Below the pieces are notes generated by a model. That model had not been told where the DNA came from. It saw only the letters and a list, made by a program, of their open reading frames with translations, and ran no database searches. The translations under genes and the position numbers were made by a program. A stretch of DNA of 62,637 nt, filler included, from Nitrospirota bacterium (GTDB lineage Bacteria > UBA2233), in assembly GCA_011620345.1 (NCBI GenBank). It is 12 parts of 12 records of this genome, joined end to end, with 100 filler letters (N's around TTAATTAATTAA, not from the genome) between each part and the next. Parts side by side here need not be neighbours in the genome. Positions count along the whole stretch, not along the records: positions 30,019 to 33,238 come from WOZJ01000054.1; positions 33,339 to 36,445 come from WOZJ01000033.1; positions 36,546 to 51,269 come from WOZJ01000067.1; 9 more parts are not named here. One strand, given 5' to 3'. Every line of letters begins with the position of its first letter. The stretch's first letter is position 1. Below, piece by piece: positions 31,179 to 39,766 of the stretch.

Positions 31179-33185
31179 ATGGGGCGTAAAGGTTTGCAGG
31201 TTACGCGGAACATTGCGTTGATTGGCCATGAAGGATCCGGAGAAACGACGCTTACGGAAGCCATATTGTATACGGCAGGAGTTACGGCAAGGGTAGGGCG
31301 CGTTTCGGAAAAGACGACACTGAGCGACTTTGAACCCGAAGAAAAAGAGAGCGGAAAATCTCTCAGGGCATCGGTTTTGTCGTTCGAATACGAAAAGATG
31401 GCCATGACCCTTTTGGATACGCCTGGTTCTCAGGACTTCCTTACGGATGCCCTTTTTGCCGTCAGGGGGGCCGATGCAGCCGTCCTTTGCGTGGATGCCA
31501 GGGGCGGCATCAAGGTCAACGCACGCAGGATGTGGGCGGAGGCAAGCAAGCTTGGCCTACCCATAGCCGTTGCCGTAACGCATGTGGACGAGCTTGATAC
31601 GGATTTCTTCCGTACCCTCAAAGATCTCCAGAACGCCTTCGGTCCAGGCGTTCTTCCTTTGGCCGTTCCCCTTGGGGACAATGGCCGGCCAGAGATTGCA
31701 ACACTCTTCGAGCCCAAAGGCGAAGAACCCCTCGCCCCATATTTCGAGGCGATTACCGAGCGGGTTGTCGAGGTGGACGACGAGGCGCTAGAAGCCTACC
31801 TAGAATCGGGCAAGCTCGAGCCGGAGCGTTTCAAGGCCCTCCTTAGGGAGGCGTTTCTTAAGCGTCACATTTTCCCCGTGTTCGCCCTTGCCACCCCAAA
31901 GCGGGCGGGGGTCAAGGAGCTACTGGAGTTTTTAAGGGACTTTGGCCCATCCCAAGAAGAGATGATCCGAAGAGAGTTTCTTCAAGCCCTTGGCGACACC
32001 CAGGCGTTCGTTGGGTATGTCATTAAGAGTGTGGCCGACGAGTTCTTGGCTCGAATAAGCTACGTACGCGTGTTTTCAGGGGCACTTTCTCAGGGGATGC
32101 AGATGATCAACCAAAGGAGCGGCAAGGTCGAGAAGGTGGGTGCCGTATACCGGGTGCTTGGGCCCGATTTAAAGCCCGTCGAAGAGGCCGAGGCGGGCGA
32201 CATCGTCGCCGTGACGAAGATCGAGGATATTAGGCCCGGCGATACGCTTACCGATCCAAAGGCCGAGGTTGTTCTTCCGGAGCCCGAGTTTCCCAAGCCC
32301 ATGGTTTCGATCGCCGTACGTGCCAGGACTCACGGGGACGAGCAAAAGCTCGTTGCCGCCATGCGCGAGCTTGAGCACGACGACCGGGCCTTCTCGTTCC
32401 GTATGGATGCTCAGACGGGCGATTTCGTCATACAGGGGGTAACCGACCTTCACCTGCAGCATGCTCTTCAAGTTTTAAAACGTCGTCGTAAGATAGAACT
32501 CGAGACGTTCCCGCCAAAAATTCCTTACAAAGAGACGGTCACGAAGCCTGTGATCGGGGTAGAGTACACCCACAAGAAGCAAACCGGCGGGGCGGGCCAG
32601 TATGGCAAGGTCGTCATTAATTTGGAGCCGTTGGAACGCGGCAAGGGCTACGAGTTCGTGGATAAAATCGTGGGCGGGGCGATCGACCAGTCGTTTCGTC
32701 CGAGCGTGGACAAGGGCGTCCAGGCGAAGATGCAAGAGGGCGTAATCGCTGGTTATCCCGTCGTGGACGTCCGGGTGACGCTCGTGGATGGAAAGACTCA
32801 TCCGGTGGATTCGAAAGACGTCGCCTTCCAAATAGCGGGCCGAGAGGCCTTCAAGAGGGCGTTTTTAATGGCCGATCCTGTTCTTCTGGAGCCAATCGCA
32901 AAGCTGGATATCGTCGTGCCGGAGACGGCCATCGGGGCCGTGATTGGCGACCTGAATACCAGGAGGGGAAGGGTCATCTCGAGCGAAAGCGCGGACGGCA
33001 TGGCCGTCGTTCATGCGCTTGCACCGCTTGCCGAGATATCTCGCTACCAAGCCGAGCTCACCGCGTTGACGGGCGGGGAGGGGAGCTTCACGATGGGTTT
33101 CGATCACTACGAGGTTGTTCCGGCAAGCCTTCAGAAGGCCATTGCCTCGGAGCACGCGAACCATCCGCAGGCGGCAGCTCATTAA
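31179..33185 (+). CDS. Elongation factor G paralog (EF-G2/FusA2) with degenerate GTPase motifs
   Basis: RNIALIGH, DTPG, PYKET, HKKQTGG.GQYG, HPVDS, LLEP; 668 aa. Confidence 0.92.
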   Translation: MGRKGLQVTRNIALIGHEGSGETTLTEAILYTAGVTARVGRVSEKTTLSDFEPEEKESGKSLRASVLSFEYEKMAMTLLDTPGSQDFLTDALFAVRGADAAVLCVDARGGIKVNARRMWAEASKLGLPIAVAVTHVDELDTDFFRTLKDLQNAFGPGVLPLAVPLGDNGRPEIATLFEPKGEEPLAPYFEAITERVVEVDDEALEAYLESGKLEPERFKALLREAFLKRHIFPVFALATPKRAGVKELLEFLRDFGPSQEEMIRREFLQALGDTQAFVGYVIKSVADEFLARISYVRVFSGALSQGMQMINQRSGKVEKVGAVYRVLGPDLKPVEEAEAGDIVAVTKIEDIRPGDTLTDPKAEVVLPEPEFPKPMVSIAVRARTHGDEQKLVAAMRELEHDDRAFSFRMDAQTGDFVIQGVTDLHLQHALQVLKRRRKIELETFPPKIPYKETVTKPVIGVEYTHKKQTGGAGQYGKVVINLEPLERGKGYEFVDKIVGGAIDQSFRPSVDKGVQAKMQEGVIAGYPVVDVRVTLVDGKTHPVDSKDVAFQIAGREAFKRAFLMADPVLLEPIAKLDIVVPETAIGAVIGDLNTRRGRVISSESADGMAVVHALAPLAEISRYQAELTALTGGEGSFTMGFDHYEVVPASLQKAIASEHANHPQAAAH

Positions 33186-33225
33186 GGAGGGGCCATCTAG
33201 GCGTGCACGGTTCTGCTGCTGCTTA

Positions 33226-33238
33226 GATAGCCGGGGCT
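33226..33238 (+). repeat. REP-like element, truncated at contig end
   Basis: GATAGCCGGGGCT, identical to the left arm of 20846-20873. Confidence 0.7.
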
Positions 33239-33338
33239 NNNNNNNNNNNNNNNNNNNNNNNNNNNNNNNNNNNNNNNNNNNNTTAATTAATTAANNNNNN
33301 NNNNNNNNNNNNNNNNNNNNNNNNNNNNNNNNNNNNNN

Positions 33339-34480
33339 CCCCCGCTCTGCCTGACGATGTTCAAGGCCAAAGACGGCGTGAAGGTCGAGTACGGCAGCAT
33401 GGCCGCGGCCGTCTGCGCAAGGATAGACTGCGAGTCGAGCTTGCGCTTGGCCTGGGCCATGTCGAGGTTCTCCGTGCGCTCCAGGGCCTGCTGGTCTACG
33501 GCGAGCATGTTCTTTAGGTTGTCCTGCGTCATCCTGACGCCGCGGTCAATCGAGCCCAGCTCGGCCCTGTTGGTCAAGACCTGCTCGATAAGACCGGGAC
33601 CATTGACGCCAGGGGCTCCCCCCAAGCCGCCGATCGGTACGTTTTGCGTGCGGCCCTGGGGCGTCTTGATGCCTTCTAACAGGTAGTAAACCCTGCGCGC
33701 CTCGGTAGGCGTGTAGATGCTGGCACTCTGGGCCGAGTTCTGTGCCTGCGAGTTCAGCACCAGTCCGCCCTGGCCGTACTGAGGAGGAGCATCCGGAAGG
33801 CCCTGCATGTTTTGTGTGTTAACGAGCCCGGCTTGCTGCAAAAGGCCAAGCGTGTTTCGGATGTTCACGACCGTGCGGTCGGCGATCTCGGTCCCGTAAG
33901 CGGACCTGCCTGGAATTTGCGATGTCGGGTCGTTGGCTAGCTTGCCCAGATAAAAAGTCGGGCCAAGGCCGATTTGGTAGTTGGGGCCAAGCTGCTTGGC
34001 AAATCTTCCGCCAGGACCTGGCATTAGCGAGCCGTTCTGGGCGGTTCCGTAAAATTGCATGTCACGAAGTATCTTGACGCCATTGTACTCGGTGTCGTTG
34101 ACGAGCTTTGTCAACGACTGCTTGAGCGTGCGGAACTCCTGGTCAACCGAGCGGCGCTCGGCCTCGGTGAGCTTTTCGGTGGCGGACCGGCGCGATAAGT
34201 CGCTCATCTGGTGCAAGACGTCCGCGATGCCCTTTAGACCCTGGTCGGCCACGGCGATCGTGTCGAGCATATTGTTTGTGTTTTTTAGGGATTGATTAAT
34301 GCCCGAGATTTCCGTTTTAATGCGGTCTGCCACGAGCGTGTCCACCGGGTCGTCGGAGGCCTTCATGAGCCGCTTGCCCGTGGACATCTTCTGGGTGACG
34401 TCCGTTACCTGGCTCGTGGCGTTGTCCAGGTAGTTTGTAAGGAGCTGTCCGACAGCTTCGGACTGGATGGTAACTGCCAT
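33339..34480 (-). CDS. Divergent flagellin-family protein (3' end at contig edge)
   Basis: N-terminal KMSTGKR..ASDDP..., ER..VDQE, TEYNGVKIL; C-terminal RAELGS...LDMA...SILAQ.AAAML. AGGAGG SD. Confidence 0.85.
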
Positions 34481-34484
34481 TCTG

Positions 34485-34535
34485 TTATCCTCCTTGCCGT
34501 TTGTTTATGGGTTTAAACCGAATCCTGCCAAGCAT
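34485..34535 (-). CDS. Putative 16-aa leader peptide (uORF) MLGRIRFKPINKRQGG
   Basis: TAAGGAGG SD 7 nt before the ATG; its last codons and stop overlap the flagellin SD. Confidence 0.4.
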   Translation of the reverse strand: MLGRIRFKPINKRQGG

Positions 34536-34593
34536 ACCTTTGCCTCCTTATTGTTTATAATAGATTAAAACCCAAAATGCTGAACCTGTGTGC

Positions 34594-34669
34594 TCGCCGG
34601 GGCTGGAAAGCCCCGGCTATCATAGCGGGGCATGGCCGAACCCGCCGGGACAAGAATGTCCCGGCTATC
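34594..34669 (-). repeat. Tandem pair of REP-like palindromes
   Basis: GATA-GCCGGGAC-ATTCTT-GTCCCGGC (34643-34669) and GATA-GCCGGGGCT-TTCC-AGCCCCGGC (34594-34621). Confidence 0.8.
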
Positions 34670-34722
34670 CATTCCCGGAAGGGTACGGATATCCGAAACG
34701 ATCATACGCTGGTTCGGGGTCT

Positions 34723-35256
34723 TCACGCCGTCTCTCCAGCCGAAGAGATGTTCGCGATATCCGAGGCGATGTCTTGCGTTCCGCCTTGAGGACCGGCCTG
34801 GTTCCCGCCCGGTACGGGGGTAGATTTGTTGATGTAGTAACGCTCTAGAGTTCTATCCAGGTCCGAATAAGAGCTTGGGGGAAGCCAGCTTGCCGGCTGG
34901 GCAGTGCTTTGTGAAGGCTGGAGCCTTTGAGGCTGCGAGCTTTTGGCCTGGGGAGTTTTGTTAGAGGCCTGGGCCTGCGAAGGCTTAAGTGCAGCGTTTT
35001 GCTCTGAAGAAGAAGCCCCCGGGTACCGTGCGCTGTATTTTGCGTCGAGGTCATCGTAACGGCTGGGCGGCAGCCCTTCGGCGCCGATTGTCACGCGGTC
35101 TTCGGGGGGGCCGGATCCGGCGTTGGGTGATACGGCTGCTTGCGCGCTGCCTGTTTGATCCACTCGGATGGTGATGGTCGTCCCCGGCTGGAGGTTAAAG
35201 CTAAGCGGTGAGATCGAACCCTGGGCTTGGCCGTTGTATACGGGCTGAATGGCCAT
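34723..35256 (-). CDS. Hypothetical low-complexity protein (DRVTI motif; internal LPPSxYxDLD repeat)
   Basis: GGAGG SD; 3 nt from the upstream ORF; Q/P/S/A-rich. Confidence 0.7.
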   Translation of the reverse strand: MAIQPVYNGQAQGSISPLSFNLQPGTTITIRVDQTGSAQAAVSPNAGSGPPEDRVTIGAEGLPPSRYDDLDAKYSARYPGASSSEQNAALKPSQAQASNKTPQAKSSQPQRLQPSQSTAQPASWLPPSSYSDLDRTLERYYINKSTPVPGGNQAGPQGGTQDIASDIANISSAGETA

Positions 35257-35259
35257 GGG

Positions 35260-35634
35260 CTATGCGCCTCCCAGGTCATTCAACGCCATCACCGACATCT
35301 TTTGGCCTGCTTGGCCGTTTGCCGCGGTAGATAGCGACACGCGATCACTTGGAGCCAACGAAGACGTTTGCCCCAAGCCGGGTACGGGGATGGCCATGCT
35401 TTGCCCGCTTAATGCCATGTAGTAGGAAGCCTTGCCTTGGAACAACACCGCTACCGCGTTGCCAAGCAGCCTATTTTTTCCCCGCTGGGGGGCCAATGCA
35501 GGACTGACTTTAAAAATATCCATCGTGTTTTTCTCGATCTCCTTTACCGTTGCGACGATCTGCTGGATCGCCGTGTAGCGGTAAATAATCTGGCCGGGCA
35601 GGTAAATAAGCTGATGAACGCTACCAATCGCCAT
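35260..35634 (-). CDS. Hypothetical protein (DRVSLS motif)
   Basis: Overlaps the upstream ORF by 14 nt; AGGGG SD. Confidence 0.65.
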   Translation of the reverse strand: MAIGSVHQLIYLPGQIIYRYTAIQQIVATVKEIEKNTMDIFKVSPALAPQRGKNRLLGNAVAVLFQGKASYYMALSGQSMAIPVPGLGQTSSLAPSDRVSLSTAANGQAGQKMSVMALNDLGGA

Positions 35635-35869
35635 ACCAGCCCCTAGAAGAGATCATTGCCAGGATGCTCAGCGTAACCCGGTCGTTGGGGTTTTGCTGCT
35701 GAACGGGGGCCTGAGGGGCTCCCATCGGGGCCACTGGGGCGGCCATAATCCTCCTCGACGTCCGCATCACCCGGGAAAGGCCATCCATGATCTGCTGAAC
35801 CATCCTCTGCCTGACCTGAACCGGACTTCGCGCTATCTGCAGAACATCGGGATAGCCGCTCAGCTTCAT
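35621..35869 (-). CDS. Hypothetical protein (DRVTLS motif)
   Basis: First ORF after the sigma-28-like promoter; GAAGG SD. Confidence 0.6.
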   Translation of the reverse strand: MKLSGYPDVLQIARSPVQVRQRMVQQIMDGLSRVMRTSRRIMAAPVAPMGAPQAPVQQQNPNDRVTLSILAMISSRGWYGDW

Positions 35870-35899
35870 TACCCTTCCGCCTTGTCCATTCTATATAAG

Positions 35900-35926
35900 G
35901 GATCGTCTAGGACATGAAAAACTTTA
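35900..35926 (-). promoter_or_regulatory. Sigma-28 (FliA)-type promoter
   Basis: TAAAGTTT-N11-GACGATCC versus consensus TAAAGTTT-N11-GCCGATAA. Confidence 0.7.
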
Positions 35927-36445
35927 GCGGATCGCCTGGCTTACGGCCTTGAAGAGGGGGTGATCTTTGTGTCCGAGAGTCTGGAAAAGAAGGGTTTCGT
36001 GAGGAATGACAGAAACATCGGCCTTTTGGAGCGCCCCAAAGGCAAGTTGACAGTCCGCGGACTTGCGGGAGGCCACGGCACCGGAAAGCACGGTCACGGG
36101 AAAGCCAAGGTTTTTTAGGCTCATGGCCGTAAGGTACACGCAAATATGCGCTTCGATGCCAACGAGCACGAAGGGTGTGTTCAGGGTGAGCGTACGCAGC
36201 CTTTTGGCAACGGCAGGGTTCAGACAGGCATCGAACTCGGTCTTTTCGAAAAAAAGCGCTTGGAGGGACAGGGCATTCTGGATTTCTGGAACTGTCGCCC
36301 CTAGCCCTTTGGGGTACTGCTCGGTGACCCAGACGCTCCAGCCTTCGTGGCCTGCGAGCATGATAAGCGCAGGGATCGCCTTGAGAAGGCTCGAGCGGTC
36401 GTCTTCGGGCATAACCTGGAAGAGCCTTTCTTGGACGTCGATCAC
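35924..36445 (-). CDS. Isochorismatase-family cysteine hydrolase (5' truncated)
   Basis: IDVQERL, TEQYPKGLG.T, GIEAHICV, VASR. Confidence 0.88.
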   Translation of the reverse strand: MIDVQERLFQVMPEDDRSSLLKAIPALIMLAGHEGWSVWVTEQYPKGLGATVPEIQNALSLQALFFEKTEFDACLNPAVAKRLRTLTLNTPFVLVGIEAHICVYLTAMSLKNLGFPVTVLSGAVASRKSADCQLAFGALQKADVSVIPHETLLFQTLGHKDHPLFKAVSQAIR

Positions 36446-36545
36446 NNNNNNNNNNNNNNNNNNNNNNNNNNNNNNNNNNNNNNNNNNNNTTAATTAATTA
36501 ANNNNNNNNNNNNNNNNNNNNNNNNNNNNNNNNNNNNNNNNNNNN

Positions 36546-37453
36546 TAGGCGCTCTTAGGAGAATTGATTCTCGATACGACGAGGCGCATGAGAGCCTCTT
36601 TATCTTCAAAGGTATGGCGCTCGCATGGGAAAACGACGAACTCCTTGGGGTCGCTTGCGGCACGGAAGAGATCGAGAGCCCTCGGCAGCGTAACGCTTGC
36701 ATCGAGCGCACCGTGGACCAATAAGATAGGGGTTGGCGAGAGCAGGCCGATGGAGTCCTTCATCCGTACTCTGTTGCCGTCGATGACGAACTCTTCGAAG
36801 GACGTCTGATCGAATAAGATCCCTCCTACCGGCCTAGGGGAACGAAGGAACAGCTCAAGAACGGGGAAGCCCCCGTTTTCCACCCTAAGGTTCAGCATAT
36901 CGAGCAACGGCTGCATGCGATACAAGTCGCCTAGCTTTGAGGGCGAGGCAACCGACACGACGAGCTCAACAAGGTCCTTGGCGCGGGTCGTTCCGAGCAT
37001 GCAGCCCAGCGAAGCCCCCAGCGAATGGCCATACACAACAAGACGCTTCTTGGGGTATGCCTCCTTCAGCCAAACGATCAGCGTTTCCAGGTCGGAAAGG
37101 CTGCCTAGAAACGAAAAGGGAACCTTGGAATCCCCGTGTCCACGCTGATCGAACCCTACCCAGCCGATTCCATCGGCCTCCAACATGGACTTTTCTTTAA
37201 GGAAGCCCCCTTTCGTGCCGCCCATCCCGTGAAGGAACACGACCAAGGCGTCGGCGCCTTCTTTAAGGTTTGCCAAGCAAGGAATGTGCACTCCGTCGGC
37301 TGGGTTTGTAAAGATGAACTCTTTGGGTTCACTCCATGGAACCTCCTGCGCGCAGTGAGCAAGCCCGGCCTCAAATACCCAGCCCCCCGCTACGGCAAAC
37401 CCGCAAAGTGTCACAACGAAGGCCAGCAGCAGGCGTAAGCCTAAACTATGCAC
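36546..37453 (-). CDS. Alpha/beta hydrolase with N-terminal signal/TM
   Basis: FLHG, DQRGHG.S, GHSLG, VHGALD..V, terminal His motif. Confidence 0.85.
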
Positions 37454-37455
37454 GG

Positions 37456-37839
37456 CTAAGATAGCGCGCTGAGCTTTGGAGTAGGGCTTTTTTCTGCCAC
37501 GATTCTGTTTTTTTCGTCTACATACACAAGCCTCGGGCGATGATGCGCTACTTCTTCGTTCGTAAGCGTATCGAACGCGGCGATAATGACAATATCGCCC
37601 TTCTTGGCCAGGTGTGCGGCCGCCCCGTTGATGACGACCTCGCCAGTATCCCTTCCCCCAAGCATCGCGTAGGTCTCAAAGCGCGTTCCGCTGGTTACGT
37701 TCCATACATGGACCTGCTCGAAGGGGACTATCCCCGAGGACTCCAGAAGCCTTACGTCTATCGTGATCGAGCCCTCGTAGTCCAGGTTGGCATCGGTCAC
37801 CCTCGCCCGGTGAATTTTTGCCTTCAGCATTGTCTTCAT
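37456..37839 (-). CDS. panD: Aspartate 1-decarboxylase
   Basis: KIHRA.VT, YEGSITID, RFETY, NGAAA. Confidence 0.96.
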   Translation of the reverse strand: MKTMLKAKIHRARVTDANLDYEGSITIDVRLLESSGIVPFEQVHVWNVTSGTRFETYAMLGGRDTGEVVINGAAAHLAKKGDIVIIAAFDTLTNEEVAHHRPRLVYVDEKNRIVAEKSPTPKLSALS

Positions 37840-37854
37840 GCTCACTCCTTTTCT

Positions 37855-38694
37855 TTAAAGACGAACGTTATCGATCAGCCTAGCCCTTCCTACTCTCGCT
37901 GCAACCATCATTCTGCATCCCGGGTAAGCTTGGATGGGGGTTTCGAGTGTTTCCGGTTCGATCAGGGTCACATAGTCCAACGTCTCGATACCGGATTCTA
38001 AAAGAGTCTTCCTTACGAGCGCAACGAGCACATCCGGGTCTTTTGTCCCGTGCTCAAAGCATGCCCTGCCCGCTTGAAGCGCAAGCAATATCCCCGTTGC
38101 CAGGTGGCGCTCTTGAGGAGTGAGGTAAGCGTTCCTGGAAGAAAGCGCAAGGCCGTCTTTCTCGCGCACCGTTTCGAGAGCCTCTAGGGTCACTGGAAGG
38201 TTTAAATCCTTGACCATTCTTTGAAGGATGACGAACTGCTGGAAGTCTTTTTCGCCAAAAAGCGCGAAGTCAGGCGATACAATCTCGAATAGCTTCAGGA
38301 CAACCGTGGCCACCCCGTCAAAATGCCCTGGCCTAAACGCCCCGCAAAGCTTTTCAGAGAGCCCTTCCACCCGAACGCGTGTTGCAAACCCCTTGGGGTA
38401 CATTTCTTGAGCTTCTGGTGCAAACACAAGGTCTACCCCTTCTGCCCGACATAGCTCCAAGTCTTTCTCGAGCGCTCTGGGGTAGCGTGCGTAGTCCTCG
38501 CTCGGACCGAACTGGGTTGGGTTCACAAAAATGCTCACGACCGCCACGTCGCTTTTTTGCCTGCACGCTCGAATGAGTGCCCTGTGACCTTCATGGAGCG
38601 CGCCCATCGTGGGGACGAGGCCGACACGCCGACCGGCCCGTTTTTCGGGCTCTAGCAGCTCCCTGATACGGCAGATTTTCGAGAGGGTTTCCAC
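37855..38694 (-). CDS. panC: Pantoate-beta-alanine ligase
   Basis: PTMGALHEGH, FVNPTQF, RPGHF, FGEKD, LSSRN, RLIDN. Confidence 0.97.
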   Translation of the reverse strand: METLSKICRIRELLEPEKRAGRRVGLVPTMGALHEGHRALIRACRQKSDVAVVSIFVNPTQFGPSEDYARYPRALEKDLELCRAEGVDLVFAPEAQEMYPKGFATRVRVEGLSEKLCGAFRPGHFDGVATVVLKLFEIVSPDFALFGEKDFQQFVILQRMVKDLNLPVTLEALETVREKDGLALSSRNAYLTPQERHLATGILLALQAGRACFEHGTKDPDVLVALVRKTLLESGIETLDYVTLIEPETLETPIQAYPGCRMMVAARVGRARLIDNVRL

Positions 38695-38700
38695 GGCTTC

Positions 38701-39498
38701 CTACCCGTACGTTTCGTCGGGCCCGGGAAAGGATCCTTCCCGAACGGCTAAGGCGTAGGCCGTTAGCGCGCTCTGCGCCTCTTGACCGGTTTTCCCGAAC
38801 GCGCGAGCAAGCTTAGGCGGAGAGGGGCTGATCCCAGCTACGTCGTGGAACACCAAGATTTGCCCGTCTGTATAAGGCCCGGCCCCGATCCCGATCGTAG
38901 GAATGGAAAGCCGCATCGTAAGGCTCCTAGCCACTTCGGAGCGCGTGCCCTCGATCACGACAGAAAAGGCCCCGGCCGCCTCGATGCTTAGGGCGTCCTC
39001 GAGCAGCCTGCTTGCCGATTCTTCGGTTTTGCCCTGGATGCGGTAGCCTGCCATGGCCCGAACATGCTGGGGCATGAGGCCGATATGGCCCATTACTGGG
39101 ATGCCTGCTTCGACCATGGCGCGGACCGTGGGGACGACCTCTTTCCCGCCTTCGAGCTTGACGGCAACGGCGCGGGTTTCCTTGAGCACCCTTCCTGCGG
39201 CCTTAAGCGCGGCTGGAACGCCAGTTTGATAGCTCATAAACGGCAGGTCCACGACAATGGGGAGAGCCCTGGCTCCCCTCGAAACAGCCTTAGCGTGGTG
39301 AAGCACCTCGCCTAGCGTCACGGGCAGGGTCGTTTCGTAGCCGAGCTCGACCATACCCAACGAATCGCCGACCAAAATCGCATCTACCCCCGCCTCTTCG
39401 GCAAGACGTGCCTGCCAGGCGGTATAGGCCGTGACCATCGCCAGGGTTCGTTCTGGTTTGGAGCGGGACAAAAGTGCCCCTTCAAACACGCGCGGCAT
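38701..39498 (-). CDS. panB: 3-methyl-2-oxobutanoate hydroxymethyltransferase
   Basis: LVGDSLG, DLPFMSY, VKLEGG, GHIGLMPQ, IGIGAG..DGQILV. Confidence 0.96.
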   Translation of the reverse strand: MPRVFEGALLSRSKPERTLAMVTAYTAWQARLAEEAGVDAILVGDSLGMVELGYETTLPVTLGEVLHHAKAVSRGARALPIVVDLPFMSYQTGVPAALKAAGRVLKETRAVAVKLEGGKEVVPTVRAMVEAGIPVMGHIGLMPQHVRAMAGYRIQGKTEESASRLLEDALSIEAAGAFSVVIEGTRSEVARSLTMRLSIPTIGIGAGPYTDGQILVFHDVAGISPSPPKLARAFGKTGQEAQSALTAYALAVREGSFPGPDETYG

Positions 39499-39634
39499 CG
39501 CTACGCCTTCCCCTTAAGTTCCTTAAGAAGATTTGACCACAACGACGTTGGAATCAGGCAGGACCGGAGTAAGCCATAGACGGGCGGAATGACAGGCTCC
39601 CTTACCCGTATAGAAGGGATGACACGCTTAAATT

Positions 39635-39668
39635 CCCTCGGTCCCGGTCCTTGCAAGATCCAGGCCTC
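39635..39668 (-). ncRNA. Probable pan RNA motif in the panBCD leader
   Basis: GG-CCTGG-A-TC...GA-CCGGG-A-CC hairpin with two bulged A residues upstream of panB. Confidence 0.55.
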
Positions 39669-39766
39669 ATTTTTATTTAAGCATTAAGAGAAAAAAAGAG
39701 CAAGATATCAAAGCCTTGCACGGCCCGGCGAATCTATGTTTGGATGAAAATCAGGAGGTTAGGAGC

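Noticed and set aside
33185-33339. Functional link between the EF-G paralog and the flagellin
   Set aside because: They are on different contigs separated by a linker.
34594-34669. Mini CRISPR array
   Set aside because: Only two non-identical palindromes, dispersed copies elsewhere, and no cas genes.
34723-35869. Calling any of the three small ORFs flgM
   Set aside because: The C-terminal sigma-binding motif (LK..I..G.Y.VD) is absent.
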